A stretch of 63,531 nt of DNA, filler included, from Octopus bimaculoides (lineage: Eukaryota): assembly GCF_001194135.2 (NCBI RefSeq). It is 6 parts of 5 records of this genome, joined end to end, with 100 filler letters (N's around TTAATTAATTAA, not from the genome) between each part and the next. Parts side by side here need not be neighbours in the genome. Positions count along the whole stretch, not along the records: positions 31,180 to 41,035 come from NC_068985.1; positions 41,136 to 62,413 come from NC_068983.1; 4 more parts are not named here. The stretch is one strand, 5' to 3'. The position numbers and the translations under genes were made by a program. Below, piece by piece: positions 36,087 to 50,060 of this stretch. Each line of letters begins with the position of its first letter. Positions within the stretch are counted from its first letter, which is position 1. The notes under the pieces are model-generated. The model searched no databases and was not told where the DNA came from. It saw only the letters and a program-made list of their open reading frames with translations.

Positions 36087-36914
36087 TGACATTTAGCCGA
36101 CAGATACCGGGATGATTATAATGCAGGAAAATTCTTCGTGATATGTTCGAATATTGATGGTGTGTGAAATGCTGATGCATAAATACGAATAGGCACATAA
36201 GAGCATTGACGAAATACGAATAAAAATGTGCACTCGTTTATTGTAGGACGGAACCGACGATACGGTCAATGGATTGTCAACATGTGCCTATAAATCGGAG
36301 AAAAGCGTTCGGAGGAGACTTTCAGCAGCATTAGTACATCTAGATCTGTTGAATTCTTAAATGGACCCAGTTGAATTTCAAGCGATGAAAGAAGTGTTTG
36401 GTGTAATAAATATATCATTGTGTTTCATTGCACTTTTTCCAAAAAACGAACTCATATACTATGTTAACTTGACCCAGTTGCCCTACTAATTTTATTAAAA
36501 GGCCAGCAATTTTGAGACATCGAAGGGAAGGAAGTCAAAGATAATTTTAATTCAGAATATAAAGACCAGTAATTAATATAAGAGATTTTGTCCGACACTA
36601 AGGATTCTGAAATTCCTTTCCGTCATAATAAAGATCTTGCTGTTGTTATTGTTGTTCTTGTTATTGCTGTTGCTGCTACGGCTGTTGTTGTTCATTTTAT
36701 CACTACAAATTCTATTACTGAAGTTACTGTTGAAGGTGTTGCTTTGTTTACACGCGTTGTTTCATACGTCACACAGAGATCTTAATTAACAGCGTATTAG
36801 ATATAATTTTATGGAAGTTAAGATTAGCAATGATAGATTGTAAAGGAAATAAACCAGAATCTGAGAAAAATTTATATTTCAGTTTTGAAAGAGAGTCATG
36901 TACTTTCCGGTTGA

Positions 36915-37178
36915 CAAAGGATTTCTTAGAATATAGATGGCACCTTTGAGGACAACTATTTGTGCTTCTAATACTTTGGGTTTGCTGCTATTTGGCAATA
37001 GTATGTAAGAGCGTCATTTAGCATTGCCCACAAAGCTCCGATACATTTGTTGTTCTTAGATGCTATAATTTAGAAGTCTGTATAGAAATTCAGGTCCTTG
37101 AATCTAGTTAACTTTTCAAATGCTTTAAGAGAAGTGTTGCAGTCTGCTGGGATTACCATCCGTATGGGCAGACATATG
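36915..37178 (-). mobile_element. Old RLE endonuclease remnant of a non-LTR retrotransposon (3' end)
   Basis: CLPIRMVIPADCNTSLKAFEKLTRFKDL...IGALWAM...QIAANP(fs)LEAQIVVLKGAIYILRN resembles the IDxAxPxD...KExEKxxKYxDL...IGALG...TAxILR RLE pattern. Confidence 0.7.
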
Positions 37179-38233
37179 TTGTTAACGTAATTTTTTTCAC
37201 CAAAATATTTGTTCTATTGACTTGAATAGCACGATCAGGTTCAATACACAAGCCTCAAAGAACGGTTTCTACTACTTTGGCAAACTTAAGTTGCCCCTTG
37301 CTTTTCTATTTCTAAATAAGATATAGAATAATATATGTCGAGTTATTTGATCCATTTATTTTGTGACTGGTTAGTATAAATAATGGCTGAGTAATCAATA
37401 TTTACTCTTAGAGTAAACTTGTTTTATGTTGTGTTTTCTGCGTTCTGTGCGTACTTTTTTATTTCCTTCCAACCAAAAAATCCACCAGCCTATTCACACG
37501 GGCGCGCTCACGCACGCACATATACACACACACACACATACACGCACATACTAGCATGCACACACCCCACATACGAACACACACACGTGTGTGTGCACTC
37601 GGGTATGACATGGGACAAAGAGAGGGTGAGAAAGAGAGAATATGCAGAAAATATCTGTGTATAGTCAGTTGTACAAATCATCGGCCATGAATGTCATGTT
37701 TAGATCCGTTACATATACCATTATTAAATATGGTTGGACATGAATACAAAGTATATATAATAAAAAAGTGTATGTTATTGTTAATAATTACTGCTGTAAG
37801 CTATTTGTGTGTTTCATCAACATTTTCCCTATTGTCCTAATAAAAACCTTCCTTGTAAACAATAAAATATCAAAAACTCCCAAGAGGTATCAGCGAGACA
37901 TGTTGCTGACCACTTTCTAAAATTACACTCATATTAATCTGATAACATTCTAAAAATAGACAACAGTACTGAAGGAACGAGTCAAAAGACAATATAATCT
38001 CCTTTCGAAACATGTGGCTGCTATTGGTATTGATTTCTGGTTAATGATAGTGGGTTTTCTGTCGATGAGCGTAGGTTCAAACCGACAAGGACGTTTCTAT
38101 TGTTCCTGAGCATCAAACCAATAAACCTACTTGTTATTCCCTCACCTGTCTTTGTCTTTTCTTTTCTGTAAATTTGAACTATACAACCACCACACACAAA
38201 CACACACAGATACATATTCACACACACACAGAG

Positions 38234-38288
<55 letters not shown>

Positions 38289-38326
38289 CATATATATTAT
38301 ACACACACATATACATATACATATAC

Positions 38327-38358
<32 letters not shown>

Positions 38359-38865
38359 GGAGAGAGATAGAGAGAAAGAGAGAGGGAGAGATAGAGAGAA
38401 AGAGAGAGTGAGAGACAGGCATGTATTAGCATAGCAAGTGACTAGATCTGAGATCGTGCGCTGAAACAAAAACAATTGCAGCGTGGATGGTGTGTCTAAG
38501 CCANNNNNNNNNNNNNNNNNNNNNNNNNNNNNNNNNNNNNNNNNNNNNNNNNNNNNNNNNNNNNNNNNNNNNNNNNNNNNNNNNNNNNNNNNNNNNNNNN
38601 NNNNNNNNNNNNNNNNNNNNNNNNNNNNNNNNNNNNNNNNNNNNNNNNNNNNNNNNNNNNNNNNNNNNNNNNNNNNNNNNNNNNNNNNNNNNNNNNNNNN
38701 NNNNNNNNNNNNNNNNNNNNNNNNNNNNNNNNNNNNNNNNNNNNNNNNNNNNNNNNNNNNNNNNNNNNNNNNNNNNNNNNNNNNNNNNNNNNNNNNNNNN
38801 NNNNNNNNNNNNNNNNNNNNNNNNNNNNNNNNNNNNNNNNNNNNNNATATATATATATATATATA

Positions 38866-39148
38866 TACGCTCTCATTCTTAGGGTAGGTAGTTCAATTCC
38901 CGCACCGGTTGTGTGTTGTTTGCTTGAGCAAGACACTCACTTTATTTCACGATGCTCTAGTTCACTCAGCTACAGAAATTGGTGCCAAGCTGTATATGTC
39001 TTTATCTTTCCCTTGGATAACATCGGTGGCGTGGAGACGGGAGGCTAGCATGCATAGGTGACTGCTGGCCTTCCACAAACAACTTTGGCTGGACTTCTGC
39101 CTCGCAGTAGAACTTCCTAGGAGCAATTCCATGATCATTGATGAACTA
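38866..39148 (+). mobile_element. SINE family A3 (head 2 + tail Y)
   Basis: GTTCAATTCCCGCACCGG...CTTGAGCAAGACAC...TTTATTTCACGATGCTCTAGTTCACTCAGCT shared with the A2 head; different 3' part CCCTTGGATAACATCGGTGGCGTGGAG.... Confidence 0.7.
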
Positions 39149-39174
39149 AGGACTCTTGGTAGTCTTTTATTTAT

Positions 39175-39370
39175 TTTTTTATCAGTCATTTGACTGCGGC
39201 CATGCTGGAGCACCGCCTTTAGTCGAACATATCGACCCCAGGACTTATTCTTTGCAAAGCTAGTACTTATTCTATCAGTCTATTTGCGAAACGCTTAGAT
39301 ACTGGGACATAAACACACCAGCATCGGTTGTCAAGCGATGGTAGGGGACAAATACAGACACACAAAAACA
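39175..39370 (-). mobile_element. SINE family B, 3' half
   Basis: CAGTCATTTGACTGCGGCCATGCTGGAGCACCGCCTTTAGTCG.... Confidence 0.92.
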
Positions 39371-39514
39371 TATACGCGCGCACTCACACACACGCACACA
39401 CACACACACACACACNNNNNNNNNNNNNNNNNNNNNNNNNNNNNNNNNNNNNNNNNNNNNNNNNNNNNNNNNNNNNNNNNNNNNNNNNNNNNNNNNNNNN
39501 NNNNNNNNNNNNNN

Positions 39515-39556
<42 letters not shown>

Positions 39557-40285
39557 CATTTTGGGACGGTCATATTCTTTTGCTAAATAAACACACATAC
39601 TATATAATTGTTCTTCACTCGTTCATTACTGTTCTTATTTTTCATGTTTTAACGCATGTCCATTGTCTGCAAATGTTTCGTCTTCAGTGACACTTTTCGT
39701 TTTCATGTGTGCTCTTGCTCCGCTTACTTCTAAGATGTATATCATTATGTGAGCATGCGTTTGCTTCCGTTTTTGTATGTATATATGTGTGTATATGTGT
39801 GTATGTGTGTATGTGTGTGCATATGTGTCTGCATGTGTGCTTATTTGGCAAAAAAGCCATCCCAAAATACAACAATATCTGTCTTCAACACACGAATTCG
39901 TATCAGGAATCTTGCAACACAAATTGATAAACTCATATGCGCGGTAAATTTTGAAAAATTAAGCATATAAGCATAAGCCATGTTTCCTATGACTCGTGTT
40001 TATATGTGATCTGGTTATTCCGCTGAAGTTAGTTTGACCTTGTAAGGTATATTTTTATCTTGCTAAAATAACTTGGAACCATGGTACGGAATATAGATTG
40101 GTAAATGTTTTTATTTTTCATTCCCTTTCGAAATTATTCCTATTTTTTGTGGTATAGAGTTTTTTGCTGCTCTTTCTAGCGGGTCAGATGTCCTATTATA
40201 GGCATCTCTGTATTTAAAATGAATTATATATATATATATATATGTGTGTGTCTGTGTGTGTGTGTGTGTGTGTGTATATATACAT

Positions 40286-40330
<45 letters not shown>

Positions 40331-40967
40331 CATGAGTAATTAAAAAAACGGAAAGTCAGCAAGAGAAAGAAACAACAACATGACGTCTTAGCACATGTAA
40401 AGTATTAATAAGTCGTTCAGGCAAGGAAGAGCATAGCTTTCCTTCGGAGACAGGAAACATATGAAAGTCCAAAGGAAAAGGAAGGAGGAAAACATCGCCA
40501 ACAGTCCAGTGTAGTTACATTTTGGAATGACCGGAAGTAGAAGGACAGGAGAGTGTAAAGAATGGCTTGTATCTATGTGTGCGCGCGTGTATGAGTTGGC
40601 ATGTGTGTCTGTGCATGGTAGCATGTGTGCGTATTGTGGTAACTGTGTGTAATGTCATAGTTAGAGATCAGCCTCTACATAGGTGAGTGTGTGGGTGGCA
40701 ATATGCGCATGTTTGTTTTAGCACATGTGTGTAGATGGAATGGTCAATAGTGTGTTGGGGCAGTCTGAAGGGTGTGTGAGAGGAAGTCTGGAGCAGTTGG
40801 AAGGATGTGTGAAAAGGGGGATGTATATGTGTGTGTGTGGGTGTTGGCATGTGTGTGTACGCGCGTGCGTGTATATGTCTACATGTACGTACGTTGTGTG
40901 TGCGCCGTGTGTTGTGGGTGTGTTATATGTATATATATGTATGAAAATATCTATATCTATATACATA

Positions 40968-41029
<62 letters not shown>

Positions 41030-42330
41030 TATATANNNNNNNNNNNNNNNNNNNNNNNNNNNNNNNNNNNNNNNNNNNNTTAATTAATTAANNNNNNNNN
41101 NNNNNNNNNNNNNNNNNNNNNNNNNNNNNNNNNNNTATATATATATATATATATATGTATATACATACATACACACACGTATACACACATACACAACAAT
41201 GCACAGTGGCAAACATGCATATTCATAATACACACACACACACATTAATACGTAGAGAAGTATTCATGCGTTATAAATATATCTATATGGATTTTGATAA
41301 GAATTATGGTACCTCTAGTCATAAGGCTATCGCTCTTTGATCTTATATTTTTTTTAATTAAGTTAACATTAAAAAAATATAAACCCTCCAAGAACGGCAA
41401 AAGAAAATATAATCTCTATATTTACGTACAATGAAGATTACATTTTTATGTAAAATTCTCTGCGAGGCTATGTATGTATGTATGTATGTATGTATATGTG
41501 TATGCATGTATGTATGTTTGTATGTGTGTGTACGTATATATATATATGTATGATGGTAAGTCTGTATACGTATAGACATACGTATACATATATATGTATG
41601 TATTTATGTATGTATGCATNNNNNNNNNNNNNNNNNNNNNNNNNNNNNNNNNNNNNNNNNNNNNNNNNNNNNNNNNNNNNNNNNNNNNNNNNNNNNNNNN
41701 NNNNNNNNNNNNNNNNNNNNNNNNNNNNNNNNNNNNNNNNNNNNNNNNNNNNNNNNNNNNNNNNNNNNNNNNNNNNNNNNNNNNNNNNNNNNNNNNNNNN
41801 NNNNNNNNNNNNNNNNNNNNNNNNNNNNNNNNNNNNNNNNNNNNNNNNNNNNNNNNNNNNNNNNNNNNNNNNNNNNNNNNNNNNNNNNNNNNNNNNNNNN
41901 NNNNNNNNNNNNNNNNNNNNNNNNNNNNNNNNNNNNNNNNNNNNNNNNNNNNNNNNNNNNNNNNNNNNNNNNNNNNNNNNNNNNNNNNNNNNNNNNNNNN
42001 NNNNNNNNNNNNNNNNNNNNNNNNNNNNNNNNNNNNNNNNNNNNNNNNNNNNNNNNNNNNNNNNNNNNNNNNNNNNNNNNNNNNNNNNNNNNNNNNNNNN
42101 NNNNNNNNNNNNNNNNNNNNNNNNNNNNNNNNNNNNNNNNNNNNNNNNNNNNNNNNNNNNNNNNNNNNNNNNNNNNNNNNNNNNNNNNNNNNNNNNNNNN
42201 NNNNNNNNNNNNNNNNNNNNNNNNNNNNNNNNNNNNNNNNNNNNNNNNNNNNNNNNNNNNNNNNNNNNNNNNNNNNNNNNNNNNNNNNNNNNNNNNNNNN
42301 NNNNNNNNNNNNNNNNNNNNNNNNNNNNNN

Positions 42331-42562
42331 ATATCGCCATCCACTTTAGAGAAAAATTTGTAGTTTGGAATCAGTAGTTCTTTGACTGCTATTTCTAAAT
42401 TTTCAGTATGTTGGAGAAGCAACTCAATTGCTAATCCCTGTATATTTATAATGATAAATAGTTTTACCGATAAAGGTTTTTTTCATACTGAACTACTTGG
42501 CAAAATTGTTAATTATTAATTCTATTATTAATTGACGATTCTCTGCCCTTATTCTTGTATAT
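42331..42562. repeat. Inverted copy of the 16140-16367 dispersed repeat
   Basis: Reverse-complement match. Confidence 0.9.
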
Positions 42563-42974
42563 ATATATATATATATATATGTGGTACATTAGTACATATG
42601 TACATGTAGATACATATATACAAGCACGCGCGCGTACAATACATACGCGAACACACACGTTACTAAATACAACTACTTCAAAAGAGACAGAATTACAGAT
42701 GTTCACTAACAATAATAACTTTGACTATTGAAAAGTGGAATGCATTATAATGACTAGGAGTTTATCCTAAGTTAGAATTCTGAGAATTTCTATGAAATCA
42801 AGGGTCCATGAATTTGACTCAACAATTTGCCTGGTATTTAGTATTGTTGTATTTTAGGGTGATGCAGCTTTATGTTATTTTGTTTTCACTTCAAATAAGT
42901 TTGTGCGAATTAGTTATGGGCTTATTTTATAAGAGGAGAGCTTTATTTCTGGTGTGTATGTAAATGTAATTATA

Positions 42975-43143
42975 GGCATAGGAGTTGCTGTGTGGTAAGT
43001 AGCTTGCTTACCAACCACATGGTTCCGGGTTCAGTCCCACTGCGTGGCACCTTGGGCAACTGTCTTCTACTATAGCCTCAAGCCGACCAAAGCCTTGTGA
43101 GTGGATTTGGTAGACGGAGACTGAAAGAAACCCGTCATATATA

Positions 43144-43194
<51 letters not shown>

Positions 43195-43316
43195 GTGTGC
43201 GTATCTTTATGTGTCTGTGTTTGTCCCCCAACATCGCTTGGTGTGTTTACGTCCCCGTAACTTAGCTGTTCGGCAAAAGAGACCGACAGAATAACTACTA
43301 GGCTTACAAAGAAGAA
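42975..43316 (+). mobile_element. SINE family B, 3'-truncated
   Basis: Head, internal microsatellite and most of the 3' domain are colinear with 19824-20250. Confidence 0.93.
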
Positions 43317-43437
43317 GGCTTTGGTCGGCCTGAGGCTATAGTAGAAGATACTTGCCCAAGCTGCCACGCAGTGGGAACGAACCCGGAACCATATGGTTGG
43401 TAAGCAAGCTACTCACCACACAGCCACTTCTGCGCCT
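43317..43437 (-). mobile_element. SINE family B head, inverted, abutting the previous copy
   Basis: GGCTTTGGTCGGCCTGAGGCTATAGTAGAAG...CCACACAGCCACTTCTGCGCC. Confidence 0.93.
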
Positions 43438-43554
43438 ACATTCATATTCACACGTATACTCACTCATGTAAAGCTAAAATTGTTATGGTTCAAAAGCCAG
43501 TGCATTGGAAAATGAAATATAGACGTGGAAAGAAGTAATGAGTACAAAATAAAG

Positions 43555-43732
43555 GCTTGCATTTTACTTTATCTTTGGGTTAATACCCCTTTCTCAAGAG
43601 AAATGGAAGTTGATGGAAGCTGGTTTCCTTTGCTTAGATACTAGTAAAAGATGCCAGCTCAACTCCATCCTTCATTTTCTTACGAAGGAATATTAACCCC
43701 AAAATATACAAATTTAGTATAAAATGCAAGGG
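43555..43732. mobile_element. Old degenerate foldback/MITE-like palindrome
   Basis: CTTGCATTTTA...GGGTTAATACCCCTT...GAAGCTGG mirrored by CCAGCTC...GAAGGAATATTAACCC...TAAAATGCAAG. Confidence 0.6.
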
Positions 43733-44675
43733 TTTTTTGGGACTTCAAAACATCTGCTTTCACACCTATATTTCGATTGGTATTGTATTGTATTACTTCG
43801 GTTTGTATTATATTGGCTCACTATTTTTTGCTTTCTGTAGCAAATTTTTAAAATTAAATTAATATTTTTGGTTAAAATTATTCTTTATATTAAGCTAAAA
43901 GATTTCTGTCATATTTTTAGTATTATATTATTTTTTAATTTAATTTTCATAACAAAACTCATAACACAGATATTGTGTTAGAATTAAACTCATGTAGAAT
44001 ATATGTAATTCAAAAATACGAGTAGAAATACTAAAAAAATTTTAAGAATCAAAACAATAAATTTGTTTAAAACTTGCATCATCAGATAACAAAGTGTTCT
44101 CTATTTACAATCAGAAGAATATTTAAAAAAAATGAAAGCTAATAAATAAACTGAGTGCAAAATGTTGAAATGCCTCTCTAGCTTATTTTAAAAAAAATGT
44201 TTGGTGTTATAATATAATGTCATTTTTGCTTAAATTGCTATTATGTGATTTTTTAAAATATATAAAACACTAAGTTTGTAATATTAGATTTTTAATGTGT
44301 AAATTTGCAGGCAATTAGTCTTTTTTTTTTTTTACTAAATTTGAAAATAAATAGCTTCTTGAGTATTTTAATTCGAACTACTATGAAAAATAAATATAAA
44401 ATAGAATCTATTACCATATAAACTTTTAAATTCTAACTACACCTGCAGCATCTTAAGTTTTTTTTCTTGTCTTGTATTTTTTCAGGCTTAATTACTGTTT
44501 GTCCTGTACTTTTCCAGGTTTAATACTTAGGAATATTCTAGCGCTCATATTTTCTACTCTTCGATTTTGTCATACTACCAACACCACCGCTTCACGCGCC
44601 ATCTTTTGCGATAAATAAAAAATTCTACTCTAAAGCTACACAATTCCATCAAAATACGAAATTATCCTTATTCCG

Positions 44676-44806
44676 TCGAGGTTGACATTGCCTCCCATCT
44701 TTTCGGGTCGATAAATTAAGTACCAGTTCCGTACTGGGTCGATCTAATTGACTGGTCCCGCCTCCCCCAAAATTTCATTCCTTGTGCCTAGAGTAGAAAA
44801 GAATAT
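44676..44806 (+). mobile_element. SINE family C 3' part, tail variant i
   Basis: CGAGGTTGACATTGCCTCCCATCTTTTCGGGTCGATAAATTAAGTACCAG...CCTTGTGCCTAGAGTAGAAAAGAATA. Confidence 0.88.
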
Positions 44807-45306
44807 TTGAAATTATCTTTGTCTTCATTTTAGCCACTCCATTTAAAAATTTTCACACTCACAAACAACCCTTCTATCTCGACCTCGATCTTATCTTTCG
44901 CGCATAATAATTACGCATGAAAATCCCACATTACCTCATGATGCATGTTTGTTCAATAACTTATAGCATCTCACCTATTCACACGCTGCGCCTCTGCCTG
45001 GCTAATTAATGTTATATTGCTTTAGTCTCTAATCACAAAAGTAGAGTAATTAGTTTTACATCATCGGCCCACTTATTCATACACATTTCCCAAAACTAAT
45101 ACATACAAAATCACACCTTAAAGCAACCTCTGAGTTAGAAAATATTAGTAGGTCGTATCTCTATACTATGTACATTAAAATGACATTTATTGCTAGCTGG
45201 GTGGAGTACTATTTTCGTTGATCTTACCTTCTACGCAGCAGTAGACTATGCATGCATGTATGTTTGTATGTATGTATGAATGTATGTATGTATGTATGTA
45301 TGTATG

Positions 45307-45343
<37 letters not shown>

Positions 45344-46264
45344 NNNNNNNNNNNNNNNNNNNNNNNNNNNNNNNNNNNNNNNNNNNNNNNNNNNNNNNNN
45401 NNNNNNNNNNNNNNNNNNNNNNNNNNNNNNNNNNNNNNNNNNNNNNNNNNNNNNNNNNNNNNNNNNNNNNNNNNNNNNNNNNNNNNNNNNNNNNNNNNNN
45501 NNNNNNNNNNNNNNNNNNNNNNNNNNNNNNNNNNNNNNNNNNNNNNNNNNNNNNNNNNNNNNNNNNNNNNNNNNNNNNNNNNNNNNNNNNNNNNNNNNNN
45601 NNNNNNNNNNNNNNNNNNNNNNNNNNNNNNNNNNNNNNNNNNNNNNNNNNNNNNNNNNNNNNNNNNNNNNNNNNNNNNNNNNNNNNNNNNNNNNNNNNNN
45701 NNNNNNNNNNNNNNNNNNNNNNNNNNNNNNNNNNNNNNNNNNNNNNNNNNNNNNNNNNNNNNNNNNNNNNNNNNNNNNNNNNNNNNNNNNNNNNNNNNNN
45801 NNNNNNNNNNNNNNNNNNNNNNNNNNNNNNNNNNNNNNNNNNNNNNNNNNNNNNNNNNNNNNNNNNNNNNNNNNNNNNNNNNNNNNNNNNNNNNNNNNNN
45901 NNNNNNNNNNNNNNNNNNNNNNNNNNNNNNNNNNNNNNNNNNNNNNNNNNNNNNNNNNNNNNNNNNNNNNNNNNNNNNNNNNNNNNNNNNNNNNNNNNNN
46001 NNNNNNNNNNNNNNNNNNNNNNNNNNNNNNNNNNNNNNNNNNNNNNNNNNNNNNNNNNNNNNNNNNNNNNNNNNNNNNNNNNNNNNNNNNNNNNNNNNNN
46101 NNNNNNNNNNNNNNNNNNNNNNNNNNNNNNNNNNNNNNNNNNNNNNNNNNNNNNNNNNNNNNNNNNNNNNNNNNNNNNNNNNNNNNNNNNNNNNNNNNNN
46201 NNNNNNNNNNNNNNNNNNNNNNNNNNNNNNNNNNNNNNNNNNNNNNNNNNNNNNNNNNNNNNNN

Positions 46265-46500
46265 AATTACTAGCAGCTAAGCCCGGTTTCACTCGCTCGG
46301 TTTGGATGATGTGGCTGTAAAACCTGCTCTGTGTAAGCATTCGACTTGTTTGGGCACGCTTACGTTAAAAAACAATTTTAGAATGATTTTTTTCTGTCAA
46401 AACGTTAAAAATAACGGATCAAAAAAATAAAATAACAACCAAAATTCAACCAAATACAAAAATAAACCCAAATACTAAGCGAACACAGATGAACCGCCCC
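46265..46500 (-). mobile_element. Possible Helitron-like 3' terminus
   Basis: Minus strand ends ...CCGAGCGAGTGAAACCGGGCTTAGCTGCTAGT|A: an imperfect GC-rich hairpin just before CTAG. Confidence 0.4.
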
Positions 46501-46518
46501 ACTTCTATTGCGCGCGCA

Positions 46519-46640
46519 CCGATAGAATAAGTACTAGGCTTTCAAAGATTAAGTACAGGGGCCGATTTGTTCGATTAAAGGCGGTGCTCCAGCATGGCCA
46601 CAGTCAAATGACTGAAACTAGCAAAAGAATAAAACAATAA
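46519..46640 (+). mobile_element. SINE family B 3' end
   Basis: CGATAGAATAAGTACTAGGC...AAAGGCGGTGCTCCAGCATGGCCACAGTCAAATGACTGAAAC. Confidence 0.9.
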
Positions 46641-46742
46641 AATAATATATGCATATATGATACTCGTTCGTTCTTTCTACGTCCGTCGCTGGATGTTCTA
46701 TTTTTGCTGATCTTACTTTAAACGGAGCAGTTCACTGTGTGC

Positions 46743-46801
<59 letters not shown>

Positions 46802-47142
46802 ATTTATATACACAGACTCGTTCGTTCGTTCTTTTTACGTCCGTTTCCCATTTAGTAAAGGCTGGTTGATTGTATTATTGAAGGTATAATGTAACAGACG
46901 GAGGCTCTTCCCATCGATCACCCATACCTGTTTCCAGTTAAGAGATTTCTCATTTCACACATTTTCGAAGATATGGATGAGATATCAATTTGTTGAGAAG
47001 AAAAATGGTTGCAAGAACAACACTAGTAATTATAGACTTTCGTTGATTGCAAATTTAAACACACAGAAACATGTACGCAAGCAGACACACGCACACACCC
47101 CACCCACCCATCCACACACACACACACATTATACAATACACG

Positions 47143-47293
47143 TCTTTCAGTTTCAATCTACCAAATACAGTGACAAGACTTTGTACCGTCTGCGATTGTA
47201 GTAGGAGATACTTGCTAAAGTTACCGTACAGTGGGACTGAATCCGAGAATACGTGGTTACGAAGTGTCTTCATAACTACACACGTTTATGCGC
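47143..47293 (-). mobile_element. Old family-B-like SINE head
   Basis: Degenerate TCTTTCAGTTTC...CTACCAAAT...GTGGGACTGAA match. Confidence 0.7.
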
Positions 47294-47486
47294 ATTTGTC
47301 TTCATAGAGTCTTTTGAAGTTATTCTTCATTCCGCCACCAATCATGACGTGTGATCATTCTTCGAGCTGCAATGAGAATGTCGCGTAAGCAAGAAAAAAT
47401 ATGTGGCGTCGGAGTGGATCACTCTTTGTAAGAAATATGAGTGCGTGCATGCGCGCGTGTATATGTATAAATATGCATATGTATAT

Positions 47487-47541
<55 letters not shown>

Positions 47542-47754
47542 CATACGTACGTATGTGTAAATATCCATGTATATTTTTATTTCTATACATATGTATGTAT
47601 ANNNNNNNNNNNNNNNNNNNNNNNNNNNNNNNNNNNNNNNNNNNNNNNNNNNNNNNNNNNNNNNNNNNNNNNNNNNNNNNNNNNNNNNNNNNNNNNNNNN
47701 NNNNNNNNNNNNNNNNNNNNNNNNNNNNNNNNNNNNNNNNNNNNNNNNNNNNTA

Positions 47755-47786
<32 letters not shown>

Positions 47787-47787
47787 C

Positions 47788-47838
<51 letters not shown>

Positions 47839-48538
47839 CATATATATCTTTATTTCCATACATATGTGTATAGTTAGACATTTAAACACGCACATTCGCT
47901 TACACGCACACACATTGACACAAAGAAACACACATGCGCATATATAGGTATATATATGTGTGTATATATAGGTGTATGTGTGCATATGTGTGCATATGTG
48001 TATATTATTCTATCTAACATCTGTATATATTCTGACATTTTAAAATACTTAGGCGAAAACATCTAAAATTTCATATATATATATAATTGTCACATAGACA
48101 TTTCAACTGATCTTTTTGAATGTCTATAGTTAGCATTTTCCAGATCCTAAAATTGCATCGTACAAAAGGTTAACCTGGTCTCTATGCCTGCATTAAAGTT
48201 ACGATTTAGATGAACATAAACAAGAATGGGTTGTAAATGGTTTCATGAAAGCAGCCATGTTCCTACAAATTGTATAAGAAAATTGCTTATCACACACATT
48301 GTTATGTGCATTGCAGTAAATATTTCTTTAGCCATTGTTGTTTTTATTGTATTTCTTAGAGAATAAAAGGTCATTTATACGAAATAACTGTAAGTTTATA
48401 TAGGCTAACGACAAGTCAACGCATAGAAAGTTGTGCTGATAAAACGGTGTTTATTTCTTTCAAATTTAGTGATATTTAAGGAAGACTGCACTTTTATTTA
48501 CATAAATATGTTTTCAAACCTTACACACATACATACAT

Positions 48539-48573
<35 letters not shown>

Positions 48574-48993
48574 CACACGCACGCACAAACGCACGCACAC
48601 ATACACGCATGTAAATATGCATATACACACACACTACTCACGCACAAGCACAAACACAAACACACAAACACGCCCATACACACAAAGATGTTTATGTTCA
48701 GACACGTCCACAGATTTTGTCACTCCGGCACTTTCTCTTACACTGTTACTCTTTCTCTCTATTTCATTCTGCATCTTTCTCCCACTCTCACATTCACACA
48801 CATATACATACATACATAAACACAAACATATATACATACCTTCATACACACATATACATACGTACATAAACACACACATATGTATACATACACAGACATA
48901 TCATACATAAATATCTACACGCACTGGCACAAAATCATGTTTTCTACGTTTATGTATGTATGTATGTATGTATGTATGTATGTATAAATGTAT

Positions 48994-49061
<68 letters not shown>

Positions 49062-49277
49062 CATAAATATGCCGTAAGGTAAATACATGAATTTTTATGC
49101 AAAAGAATCTAACGCAGACAGACTCACTCCACACACACATGCTTACACACATGTATATACATATATGAATGTGTGTATATTCATGTATGCTTGTATATGC
49201 ATGTATGAGTATGTGTGTGTATGTGTGTGTATGTGTGTGAACAAAACCTCGGGATTACATCAGTAACAGTACGTATA

Positions 49278-49320
<43 letters not shown>

Positions 49321-49919
49321 GTATATATGGATAGTATTTATAAGTAAATATGGATAGTATTTATAAGTAAATATAAGTAGTATGATATATACGTGATCAC
49401 GTGTAAATACACAAAATACCACAGCTTTGAAGTTGACAATATCAGACCCCATTATATCCACCTCACCGACCAAACAAGCGAACGAAATTTGAAATTTGTG
49501 GTGCTGCAAAATCAATCGATCTGGTATTAAAATAAAAAGGAAAACAAATACGAATTGAATGAAAACCAAAGAAAAGAAAATGTAGAACGACACTGTTTTG
49601 TACCGCTGGTGTTAGCTATTATAGGGGAGACAATCTCTTCTAGACTGAGTTACGTTCAAGCGAATTTGAATTGTTTGGAATTTGTATGAAAGAGCAAAGG
49701 CGGACAAAGTATACACATTTAAGTTTGTTTAATAAAGATTATAAAGTTTTTACTCGTTTTGTAGCCATGAATAGCGCTATTTCATTCTTCTTTGAAATCA
49801 TACGCACTTCATAACTTGAGATATATAAATTACACAAATTTAATCATTTTACGAAGTTAGACATTTCTTATAGAGAGTAAATAGTTTATAATTTAATCTT
49901 GCATCGTTGTTTAAGAGTA

Positions 49920-49924
49920 GAAAA

Positions 49925-50015
<91 letters not shown>

Positions 50016-50016
50016 G

Positions 50017-50058
<42 letters not shown>

Positions 50059-50060
50059 GA
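49920..50060. repeat. (GA)n microsatellite
   Basis: Seen directly. Confidence 0.95.

Noticed and set aside
44480-44620. Two adjacent acceptor-like sites (TTTTTTCAG, CTTTTCCAG)
   Set aside because: No donor or convincing frame downstream; expected by chance in T-rich DNA.
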